Assembly (NCBI GenBank): GCA_964510295.1
Contig: CAZEBQ010000003.1
Coordinates: 1-51,990, forward strand
Reading direction: 5' to 3'
Source: an uncultured Anaerolineales bacterium
Lineage (GTDB): Bacteria > Planctomycetota > Phycisphaerae > FEN-1346
DNA length: 51,990 nt
The notes under the pieces are model-generated. The model saw nothing but the letters and a program-made list of their open reading frames with translations, searched no databases and was not told the DNA's origin. Each line of letters starts with the position of its first letter. Position 1 is the stretch's first letter. A program made the position numbers and the translations under genes. This document shows positions 27,377 through 35,821 of the stretch, in pieces.

Positions 27377-29644
27377 TCACTTTGGCTCAGTTTCCTCGCA
27401 GATGAGCATCCACCCGCCGCGCGGTTTGACGGGCAAGGTCTGGTCGGGCTTGAACAGGCCCTCGGCCTGGAGCTTGTCGATCGCCGGCGCGCGGAGGCGA
27501 GCACGCGCCGGGTCCAGGCCCAGCGCTTTCCAGTCGATCTTCATCTTGCAGTCAACCGCCTTGGTGTGCCAACTCGCCACGACCACCAGGGCGGAGCTCT
27601 TCTTGCGGTACACCGTCACCAGCACGTCCTGACGCCCGGTGGTTATGGGGCAGGCGTCCGACCAGTAACCCAGCATTTCGGCGTCCTGGATGCCGAAGTC
27701 GTCCCAGATCTTCCAGAGTCCGCGCGGGTCCCCGCTCCAGGGCAGGCGGCTGGTCATGCCGTACAGCATGCCCCGCCACGGATTGCCTCCCCCCTGGAGC
27801 ATCTCGCCCATCACGCCGAAGGGAATCCCCGCGATCTCCACCATCCAGTGATCCGGCGGCTCGTCGTAGTTGCGCCCCTCGCCTATCCAGATGCTGTCGA
27901 CATAGGGCAGGTGTTCGAGGTAGAGGTTCAGGCAGTTGGCGTAGCCGGCCCGGCCGTTGAAGTGGTTCCACGAGTGCAGGTCAAGCAGCGAGCCGGATCG
28001 GTTGGCGTCGAGCACGCGGCGGACGCGCTTCATGATCTCGCGGTCGTAGCCGATCTCGTCGAGGTACAACCCGTCGATCTCGAGAGTCCTGGCCAGGTAG
28101 CCGAGGCCCTCGATGTAGTAGTTGTGCCACCGCGACAGGCCCGTCTGGCTGATCGACGCGCACCACGTGCCGTTGCCGAAAGGATGGTGCCACGCCGGCG
28201 AGTACCCCCCGCCCAGATGCTCGATAAGCCACGCGTAGCCCCCGCCCGGCCCGTCGGCGAAGATCTCGTGATTCAGGCTCCGCAGGGCCCAGAGCTCGGC
28301 GGTGTGGTTGCTCAACTCGCGAATGGTGTAGTAGAGCTTAACCTTCAGATTCCGCTTGTGGGCGGCGTCGATGTAGGCCCCGAGCTTGTCGTCGGTCAGG
28401 AACGGGTAGTTGATGAACGGGTTCAGGTCGTTGCCGTGGTGGATGTTGATGATGTTCGCGCCGGTCGATGCAACGTTCTCGACGGCCGGGGCCCCCCGAT
28501 GGTAATAGCGGTGCTGCCAGTGGACCTTGGGGTCCAAGGGCTTCACCGGCGTGATCAGCAGGGCGAAGTGGAAGTGGAGTTTCTCACCCGCGGCGAGTTT
28601 CCGCGGGCCGCCGAAGGCCGTGAGTGTTACGCGGCCGGCGCCCTCGGCGGCGATCCGACATCCGCCGGCCCCCGAGTTATGCCACGCCTCGGGCATCAGC
28701 AGCGGGCGGTGGCGGTAGTGGATGTTCACCAGCGGCCAGCGGTAGTTGGGGCCCTTGAGCTTGCACTGGAGCCCGCCGTCGACGTTGCCTATCCAGACGC
28801 TGTCCTGGTGCTTTGCCTGGTCCCATCGCCAATCGAGTTCCTTGGGCCGATAGCCGCCCTTCTGGCCCATGCCCATCAGGTACTTGGCGAAGCGGGTCTT
28901 GAGGGGTAGTTCCAGGCGACAGTCGGCCAAGTCGACGGGGCGGTCGGCCTTGCCGCGAAACTCGCCTGTCGGCCTGCGGCAGATCCACCGCGCGGGCACG
29001 TGGTCGGTCATGCGTATCGCGTGTCGCCTGTCCTCGGTGAACAGCAGGTACGGTCGGGTAGAGTGCTCGGCCAGGAGCCTGGTCATCTCGGCCGGCGTGG
29101 CGGTCAGTTCCATGGGGTCGCGCCGGTGAAACTCGCGGCGGGCCTGGAAGTCGATCACCTTGGCCTGCGGCAGGGCCCGCCACTTGTCCGGGGGCATTGC
29201 GGCGGGGCCCAGGGCGTGACGCTTCAGCCATGCCGCATCGGCGGCTGCTTTAGGCTTGTCGTACACGGTCTTCGGGAAGTGGCGCCCGCGAACGGTGAAC
29301 GGCATGAAGTACACGTGGTACTCGCCCGCGCTGGGCGCCTGAAAGACGATGCGCCCGTACTCGGCGCTGATCTCGATCCGCGCGACGTTCGCTACGGGCT
29401 TGCCCGTAGCCGCGTCGACAACGATCACGGCCTTGTCGGCCGCCCGATCGCGCCGCCGCCAGGGCAGGTGGACACCCACCTCGTCGGCCTTGGCCTCGAC
29501 GCGGACCCGCGCGCGATGATTGCCCCACCGCTCGTCCCAGCCCTTTTTGGGAACGCTGTAGGGGATGTCGTCGCCGCCGGGGGCCGCCGCGGCAAGCCAG
29601 CAGGCCCCCACGGCCGCCAAGGTCGCCAATACGGATGTGTTCAT
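27377..29644 (-). CDS. Secreted glycoside-hydrolase-like protein (GH123/DUF4091-like)
   Basis: ATG 29644 with AGGAG 7 nt upstream. Signal MNTSVLATLAAVGACWLAAAA. The TIM-barrel-like core motifs NIINIHHGNDLNPFINYPF, KVKLYYTIRELSN and IDGLYLDEIGYD are as I recall for DUF4091-type hydrolases. The family assignment is from memory. Confidence 0.6.
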   Translation of the reverse strand: MNTSVLATLAAVGACWLAAAAPGGDDIPYSVPKKGWDERWGNHRARVRVEAKADEVGVHLPWRRRDRAADKAVIVVDAATGKPVANVARIEISAEYGRIVFQAPSAGEYHVYFMPFTVRGRHFPKTVYDKPKAAADAAWLKRHALGPAAMPPDKWRALPQAKVIDFQARREFHRRDPMELTATPAEMTRLLAEHSTRPYLLFTEDRRHAIRMTDHVPARWICRRPTGEFRGKADRPVDLADCRLELPLKTRFAKYLMGMGQKGGYRPKELDWRWDQAKHQDSVWIGNVDGGLQCKLKGPNYRWPLVNIHYRHRPLLMPEAWHNSGAGGCRIAAEGAGRVTLTAFGGPRKLAAGEKLHFHFALLITPVKPLDPKVHWQHRYYHRGAPAVENVASTGANIINIHHGNDLNPFINYPFLTDDKLGAYIDAAHKRNLKVKLYYTIRELSNHTAELWALRSLNHEIFADGPGGGYAWLIEHLGGGYSPAWHHPFGNGTWCASISQTGLSRWHNYYIEGLGYLARTLEIDGLYLDEIGYDREIMKRVRRVLDANRSGSLLDLHSWNHFNGRAGYANCLNLYLEHLPYVDSIWIGEGRNYDEPPDHWMVEIAGIPFGVMGEMLQGGGNPWRGMLYGMTSRLPWSGDPRGLWKIWDDFGIQDAEMLGYWSDACPITTGRQDVLVTVYRKKSSALVVVASWHTKAVDCKMKIDWKALGLDPARARLRAPAIDKLQAEGLFKPDQTLPVKPRGGWMLICEETEPK

Positions 29645-30055
29645 CACAAAGCTCCTGAACCCTCGCCTGCAACTCTCGCGGGCTTCGGGTCCGCTGATTC
29701 TACGACCGTTCGGTCACCACGCAAGAGCGGCATTGACCGCCGTGCGCTCGCGGGCGCTTTCTGGTATCATCTGGGATTTGCCAGATGGCGTTGCGCCCGC
29801 GACCATCGCGGGGCTCCTGCAGTTGTTGTATTCGATGCAGCGCGTTGGACAAGCCCAATCTGGGATTCAGGTGGCGTTCCATAGGCTTCGAACTGCACCA
29901 CCGGTGACGTCGGAGATCCGAAGTCCGCTAGGCCGACTTCCGCAATCGTGTAGGAGCACACGCACGGCTCCGTATAATTCGGCATCAACCAGATCGACCT
30001 GAGGGTCTTCGATATTTCGACCGATACGGTCTCGGATCTCTCCCGCCGGGGCGGT

Positions 30056-30436
30056 GTGGGCAGCTACAGCAACGTGCCCGTGTTTCTGAATTCCACGGAC
30101 AGCAGCCTCTACGTCGGTGACCTCCGAGTGGATCCGGACAACGTTCGCCGAACGCTGGGCATCTTCCCGGAACACATCCTTGCTGCCACCGGCAACGATC
30201 GCTTTGCCTTCGGCGCTGGCGGGGTCTACGACCCGGTGTGGGGCAACCGGCTTCAGGACATGCCCGTCGGGTCGAACACGATGGCGCTGGGTGAAAACGA
30301 CCGGTACTTGTATGCCTTCGACAGAGGCGTGCAGCGTCTGCACGTCATGTCGGTGGTCCCTGAACCCGCCGCCCTCTCGCTGGTGGGTCTGGGCAGCCTG
30401 CTCCTGCTGCGCCACCGACGGCGCTTGACAGCATAG
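30056..30436 (+). CDS. PEP-CTERM sorting-signal protein fragment (no signal peptide)
   Basis: The C-terminus VPEPAALSLVGLGSLLLLRHRRRLTA is a canonical PEP motif + TM helix + Arg cluster. The frame is closed by TAA at 29975, so at most about 150 aa are encoded and no N-terminal signal exists. Confidence 0.6.
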   Translation: MGSYSNVPVFLNSTDSSLYVGDLRVDPDNVRRTLGIFPEHILAATGNDRFAFGAGGVYDPVWGNRLQDMPVGSNTMALGENDRYLYAFDRGVQRLHVMSVVPEPAALSLVGLGSLLLLRHRRRLTA

Positions 30437-30499
30437 CACGCTGGGCTATAAGGTGGAAAAGCCTTCATAGCGTTTCCCGGGCGGAATCGAAGCCGCCGT

Positions 30500-31450
30500 C
30501 TACGGCGTCGGCCTCGTCAAGTCCGACTCCATACACTTTTCCAGCAACTCGCTCATCTCCTTGACGACGTCCGGCCGGGATGCGTAGAGGTTCTGCTTCT
30601 GCCCGGGGTCGGCCTCCAGATCGTAGAGCTGGGCCGGCCAGGCGTCCTGGCCGCCCTGGTTGAGCATCCCGCCGTTGTCGCTGGTGAAGATCACCAGCGT
30701 GTTGTCGGTGAGATTGATCTTCTCCAACGCGGCCACCACCTCGGCGACGATCCAGTCCATCTCGTGGACAAAGTCGCGGTACCTGCCGCAATCGCTGGTG
30801 CCGTTAAAACGCTTGGCCGGCGTGAACGGGTGGTGGATGCTCGTCGTCGCCAGGTACAGGAAGAAGGGCTTGTCGGCGTGCTCGGCGATCCAGTCGATGG
30901 CCTTGTCCTTCAGCGTCGTGCCGACCTGGTCGTCCTTATACAGCGCGTGGGCGGCGTCGCCGCCACCGATTCGGTTGAGACCGAACTTCTCCCGGTGCAC
31001 CTGCGTCTTGGCCCGCCGGCCGTAGACCATCGGGTCGTCAGCCGTCAGGCCGACCACGCAGTGGTTCTCGACGTATACGAATGGCGGATGGCTGTTGACC
31101 ACCGGGACGCCAAAGTAGTAATCGAACCCCAACTCCAGCGGTCCGGGCGTGAGCGGCTTGTTCCAGTCCACCGGCTGGCGCGACCCGAACCCAAGGTGCC
31201 ACTTGCCGATGCACGCCGTGGCGTAGCCGGCCTCCTTCATCAGTCGGCCCAGCGTCAGCCGCTTGGTGTCGACCACCAACGGGCTCCTGAGCATCACCGG
31301 CCCCCAAAGCTTCCGGCGGAATGGATATCGGCCGGTCAACAGCGCATACCTCGACGGCGTACAGACCGCCGATGCCGCATGGGCATGGCGACCTCGGCCA
31401 TCTAGAAGGTGACGTAACCGCTCCTCTTCACAGCCAACCGCCTGCCCCAC
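30500..31450 (-). pseudogene. Sulfatase remnant (N-terminally truncated, internal deletion)
   Basis: Motifs CTPSRYALLTGRYPFRR (formylglycine motif), IHHPFTP, LVIFTSDNGG and LYDLEADPGQKQNLY. There is no signal peptide or N-terminal DD metal-binding segment (in-frame TGA at 31490-31492). The segment normally found between SDNG and LYDL..DP is missing. Confidence 0.7.
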
Positions 31451-31620
31451 TTTCCGCGCCCCTCCTCCCCGCGTCCGCCCGGCCTTCCGTCACACGCCGG
31501 CCCTGGCCTTGACGTTCCCCCACACCTTCCTCTGCTCCCCCCAGCCCACCTCCGCCACCACCTCCCGTACCTGCCGCTCCGACACCGTTTCCCGCTCCCG
31601 CTCAACCCTCGGCAAGGACA
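31441..31620. repeat. Strand-asymmetric C-rich (minus-strand G-rich) low-complexity tract
   Basis: The plus strand reads cctgccccactttccgcgcccctcctccccgcgtccgccc ... ccagcccacctccgccaccacctcccgtacc, with very few G. No credible coding frame. Confidence 0.6.
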
Positions 31621-31649
31621 GAATCTCCCCCTGGGCATCCGCGCGCTGA

Positions 31650-31895
31650 GAATGCGCTGAAGGAACCCGGCAGGGCTCGGCTTCGTTTGCTGGCCGAGAG
31701 ATTCGCTTCCACAACGCTGGCAACTGGGCGGATGCCCTTGCCGACCGCCGAACAAGCCCGTGGCGCTGTACTACAGCTTTCAGCTGCGATGCCCTGTCGG
31801 CGCTGGGCGTGCCAGTCGCCAAAGGCATCTTCGGCGCCCACATGGACGTCGACCTCACAAACGACGGACCGGTGACGATTGTGATGGATATGTGA
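31650..31895 (+). pseudogene. dtd: D-aminoacyl-tRNA deacylase (dtd) remnant
   Basis: The frame ending at TGA 31893-31895 encodes [38 protein letters not shown], the conserved Dtd C-terminus (G.FGA.M.V.L.NDGPVT). Upstream homology is only recoverable by switching frames ([12 protein letters not shown] in frame 2, [14 protein letters not shown] in frame 1). No N-terminus was found. Confidence 0.55.
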
Positions 31896-32064
31896 CGCGA
31901 CGGCCGGGGCGGCAGCGCCGCGGGGAGCCGTCTGTTTTGTCCGCTACGCAGCACCAGAAGGGCGAGAGAGGCCGTTCGGCTGTTCTTTCTCTTCCTCTTT
32001 CTGTTCTTCCTAACCGCGATATCCAGGCTCTTGCCGACGGCCACCCGCCAACCTTTGCGTCGTT

Positions 32065-33699
32065 TCATTTCACTTGCGGCGGCCGCAACCAGCCGGTCAG
32101 CGCATTCTCGGCGTGGTAGATACGTGTCAGTTCGGCGAAGGCGCCCTTTAGTAAATCTCCGGCCAGGCGGCCCTTCTTGAGATGCATTTCCCGGTCGATC
32201 AGAGCGCGAAGGTACAAGATTCGCCATCGCCAGTGAGCCCGGGCCCGGGGTGAAAGCCGGGCGTCCACCTTTTGCGCAAGTTCGTGCGCCTGGATCGCGT
32301 CCGCTCCGATACTGTTTCTCGGGAAGTTCTTCTCCAGGATCTTGATCGTGGCCACCACGTCGGCGGCTACCTCAGGGGAGAACTCGAAGCCGGCATACTC
32401 GGTGAGTGTCTCGGCAACGGGTCGATCCGGTTTCCAGTATAACTGGAGCATCACCACCTTGTTTACGTCCTCGAAGATCCCTTCGGAATATGGGAATCCC
32501 CCGATCAGATTCGCAATTCCGGAATACTTCTTGTGCAGGCGTTGGGGTACGGGTGTGGCCCCGTATCCACCCCATGGCTGCACACCCAACATGCTGATCT
32601 CGGGGAAGTTGACGGCTGGGAGCTTGGCGCCCGGGACAGGGCCCATGACCATGTCGATCCAAGCCGGCTCTGCCGAGAGGAGTTTGCCGAGTGCCTGAAG
32701 TTCGTTCTTCCTGTAGTACCAGTTCGACAGGATGATCTTCACGCCCGGAAGTTTGGCGCGGGCCAGCTTCGCGATAGGCTTGGCGCATTGGAGGAATCCA
32801 TTGGTTGCCCATGGCCGGCATTTCTCGCAGTCACATCCGCCTGGATCGAATGGCCAGATACAAAGGAACTGCGGTTTGAGCGGGCGCATCCAATCCATCA
32901 ATTCGGTCTGTACCCGCAGTTCATACTCCATGCCGCCGGGCGTGCTCGGGCAAATCTGGCAGTCGTAGTAGGCTCCCCGTTTTCCGCCGGCTGAGCGGAG
33001 TTCCTTGGGTGAGGTGGGGTAGCCCTCGTTTCCAATCACAATGAAGCCCGTACCGATACCGAGGTCCCTGGCTGTCTGCAGAATCCCACGCAGACGCTCG
33101 CGGAAGGCAACCGCCTTGGGGTCCTCGAATCCGTTGAAATGATTCATGTCATACCAAACCATGAGGCTGTTGCACCCCCAGAGCGCCAGGTCCTCCACGT
33201 AGCGTTGGATCTCCTCCACCGGCCCGTCATGATAGTAGTTGTGGAAATGGGTGGCGAAGTAGATGCCGCGCACCGGCTTGGCCGGCACCGAGACGCCCTC
33301 CCACGCGCCGGGCGTCAGGCCGCCGGCGGCGAACCGGGACGTACGCAAGAACTTCCCCACGCCATAGAGGACGCCGCGAGTGTCGTTTCCCGTGATGCGG
33401 ACTGTTCCGGCCTCGACCTTCTTGATGGAGAACCCCTCTTTCCCGATGCCTGGCCGGATCGCCAGTTGAACCCGGAACGGCGCGTCGCCGTTCTCGGTGA
33501 CGCGCGCCCCGCATCGCTCGGATACGTGTCGGCCGAACACCGCGGCAATCTTCCGCATCTCCGGCCCCGCTTTGTCCGGCAGGACCACGCGAATGCTACG
33601 GACCGGCTTGCCGGCGGAACCGGCCAAGGGACGCTCGCCGGCGTCGACCGGAAGGACCTGAAACATCAGGACCACGAACAGACCCACTGCAGTGGTCAT
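32065..33699 (-). CDS. Secreted glycoside-hydrolase-like protein (GH20b/GH67N-type N-terminal domain + TIM-barrel-like core, CxCxxC motif)
   Basis: ORF 32065..33801 trimmed to ATG 33699 (MTTAVGLFVVLMFQVLPVDA). Motifs GFSIKKVEAGTVRITGNDTRGVLYGVGKFLR, RGIYFATHFHNYY and WPFDPGGCDCEKCRPW. Paralog of 33774..35441. Confidence 0.7.
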   Translation of the reverse strand: MTTAVGLFVVLMFQVLPVDAGERPLAGSAGKPVRSIRVVLPDKAGPEMRKIAAVFGRHVSERCGARVTENGDAPFRVQLAIRPGIGKEGFSIKKVEAGTVRITGNDTRGVLYGVGKFLRTSRFAAGGLTPGAWEGVSVPAKPVRGIYFATHFHNYYHDGPVEEIQRYVEDLALWGCNSLMVWYDMNHFNGFEDPKAVAFRERLRGILQTARDLGIGTGFIVIGNEGYPTSPKELRSAGGKRGAYYDCQICPSTPGGMEYELRVQTELMDWMRPLKPQFLCIWPFDPGGCDCEKCRPWATNGFLQCAKPIAKLARAKLPGVKIILSNWYYRKNELQALGKLLSAEPAWIDMVMGPVPGAKLPAVNFPEISMLGVQPWGGYGATPVPQRLHKKYSGIANLIGGFPYSEGIFEDVNKVVMLQLYWKPDRPVAETLTEYAGFEFSPEVAADVVATIKILEKNFPRNSIGADAIQAHELAQKVDARLSPRARAHWRWRILYLRALIDREMHLKKGRLAGDLLKGAFAELTRIYHAENALTGWLRPPQVK

Positions 33700-33773
33700 C
33701 GGAATACCGATGTTATCTGTCGTCCGTATTCGGAGGACTTGCCTCATTGCATTCGTCGGTATCGTTCGAATGG

Positions 33774-35441
33774 CTATCTTCTGACACGGAATCTGGAGCA
33801 ACTTGCCTTGATTTCACTCCAACGCCAGTCCTTCTTCACCCATTCCGGCGCTGAGCTTTCCAGCTTCGCAAGCGTCTGGCTGATCTTCTGGTTTCGGTTC
33901 GGATCCCTGCAACTGTCATCCAGCAGATCAAGCAGTTCCCTCGCGGTCTTGGCTTCGGGACCGAAGTAGAACGCGGCGTACTCGTCGAGCACGGTTTCGA
34001 CGGTCTTCTTCGAATTCCAGAACCACGAGAGGAAGACCACGCTTGCGATGTCGGTGTTCCACCGCTCGCTATAGGGCCAGCCGCCTTTCATCAGGCCGGG
34101 GTGGTAATCGTTCAACTCGGCCTGCAGCGACTTCCAGTACTTCCGGTTGACCAACATGCCCCGGTGGTTGCCCCACATGGAGATGTCCGGGAAGACCATC
34201 AACGGCGCCTTGGTCTGGTTGTAATACTCCCGCTCCTCGGCGTTCATGGCGGCGAACCGATGGTGCGGCGCCAGGCCGACTTCGAAACCCGCGAACCACA
34301 CCGGCCGGTGCTTGGCGAGGTTGGCCACCAGGTTTTTCCAGTCCTTGTCGCCGAACGTTGGGTGGTTCAGGTGCCAGGTATCGACCCAGATTTCGGTCTT
34401 CGGCGAGACCTGATGAATCCTCTCGGCCAGCGGCTTGGCAATCCGCCAGTAGCCACGGGTCGGCCACGGCGTGCAATCGGCGCAGGTGCATCCGCCGGGG
34501 TCTGCCGGGAACAGGTTGAAAATGTCGATCGGCGAAAGGGCCTTGAGCACCTGTTCCTGCCAGGCGATCATCTGTTTGACGCTGCCGGGCTTGGATGGGC
34601 ACAGGTAGTGGTTCGGGCAGCCGATAATCGGCGAGATGCGGAGTTGCTTAGGGGAAGACTTGTAGGCGTCGTTGACGACCATGAGCAGCCCGGTCTTCAT
34701 TCCCATGCGCCTGGCCGTCGCGTAGAAGCGTTTGTACATCGCCAGCCAGTGCTTCGCGGCCAGGTCGTCAAAGCTGTTGAACATGCCCATCTCGAACCAG
34801 AACGTCAGCGCATTACCGCCCCACAGCGCAAACTCCTCGATGTAGCGATCCACCTGGTCGGGCTTGCCGAAGAAGTGCTTCCGCGCCCACAGGTACATGC
34901 CGCGATTCGGCATCTGCGGCGTCTCCGTGATCTGAAGCGCGGGCAGTTCGAGCTTGCCGGGTTTGTATCGCATTTCACGCATCAAGCGCCCGACCCCGGC
35001 CACAACACCGCTCTCCCTCTGGCCGACCACGTGAAGCTCGCGTTCCCCGGCGTCCACGGCGATGCAGTATCCGTCGGCGCCGAGCGAAGCGATATCCTTG
35101 CGAGTGGCCGAGAACGCTTTGATTGTGTCATTGGACGCCACCGTACCGATCACCAGGCGAAGCTTGGCCTTGTCGCCTGACGCTGCCAGCGTAAGACCTG
35201 AACGATCCTTGATGCGTTCGGCAAGTAATTCCGTCACCCTTTTCTCGGCGGGGCTTGGCCTGGCACCCAGCACCAAGGACAGCTCCCAGCCGTTCGTGAT
35301 ATGCACGGCGGGCTGGGCACGCTCGGGGCCAGATTCACTGGGCGACTGCTCGAGCTTGGGCTCGGCGGCATAACTGTATTGCAGGATTGTGGTCCCGAGT
35401 ACTAGGACCGCCATCCACTTAATGCTCTGTTGATGGTGCAT
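33774..35441 (-). CDS. Secreted glycoside-hydrolase-like protein, paralog of 32065..33699
   Basis: ORF 33774..35591 trimmed to ATG 35441 (MHHQQSIKWMAVLVLGTTILQYSYA). Motifs GYCIAVDAGERELHVVGQRESGVVAGVGRLMR, RGMYLWARKHFF and FPADPGGCTCADCTPW. Confidence 0.7.
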   Translation of the reverse strand: MHHQQSIKWMAVLVLGTTILQYSYAAEPKLEQSPSESGPERAQPAVHITNGWELSLVLGARPSPAEKRVTELLAERIKDRSGLTLAASGDKAKLRLVIGTVASNDTIKAFSATRKDIASLGADGYCIAVDAGERELHVVGQRESGVVAGVGRLMREMRYKPGKLELPALQITETPQMPNRGMYLWARKHFFGKPDQVDRYIEEFALWGGNALTFWFEMGMFNSFDDLAAKHWLAMYKRFYATARRMGMKTGLLMVVNDAYKSSPKQLRISPIIGCPNHYLCPSKPGSVKQMIAWQEQVLKALSPIDIFNLFPADPGGCTCADCTPWPTRGYWRIAKPLAERIHQVSPKTEIWVDTWHLNHPTFGDKDWKNLVANLAKHRPVWFAGFEVGLAPHHRFAAMNAEEREYYNQTKAPLMVFPDISMWGNHRGMLVNRKYWKSLQAELNDYHPGLMKGGWPYSERWNTDIASVVFLSWFWNSKKTVETVLDEYAAFYFGPEAKTARELLDLLDDSCRDPNRNQKISQTLAKLESSAPEWVKKDWRWSEIKASCSRFRVRR

Positions 35442-35821
35442 CTCGATGCTCCGGTTGCAAGGTTTTCGTTGCTTGGGCAATGCGACTTTGCGGCATTCTG
35501 CGGCAGGATTCATTGTATCCTGGTTTGCAGGCCGCGTCAGTTGCACGATCAACAGGAAAAGAGGATTAGCTGTTGAACGAAGCCGCTTCACGGCAGCCTG
35601 TCGACCTTTTTCGTGGGGATTGGCCTTTTCCGTTTTGAACGATTGAAGCTTTCACTGGCTTGTTTCTGCGGGTTGCAGGGGAACGTGAACCCCGCCTCTT
35701 CGGCCGGGAAACGCCCGGCTTGCATCGTTTGATCCGGCATTTCGAGTTCTCGCCGACGTCGATTTCATGCTCTAATCATCGATCTTCTCGGCTCGCATCC
35801 TTTTTGTACCAAGCGGGTCTT

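Noticed and set aside
29867-30439. 190-aa minus-strand ORF opposite the PEP-CTERM fragment
   Set aside because: The plus-strand frame ends in a canonical PEP-CTERM signal, which is very unlikely by chance. The minus-strand translation has no recognisable features.
31441-31620. G-quadruplex-forming motif on the minus strand of the C-rich tract
   Set aside because: G-runs are present (GGGG, GGGGGG), but I could not assemble four G3+ runs with loops of 7 nt or less. I report it only as a skewed low-complexity tract.
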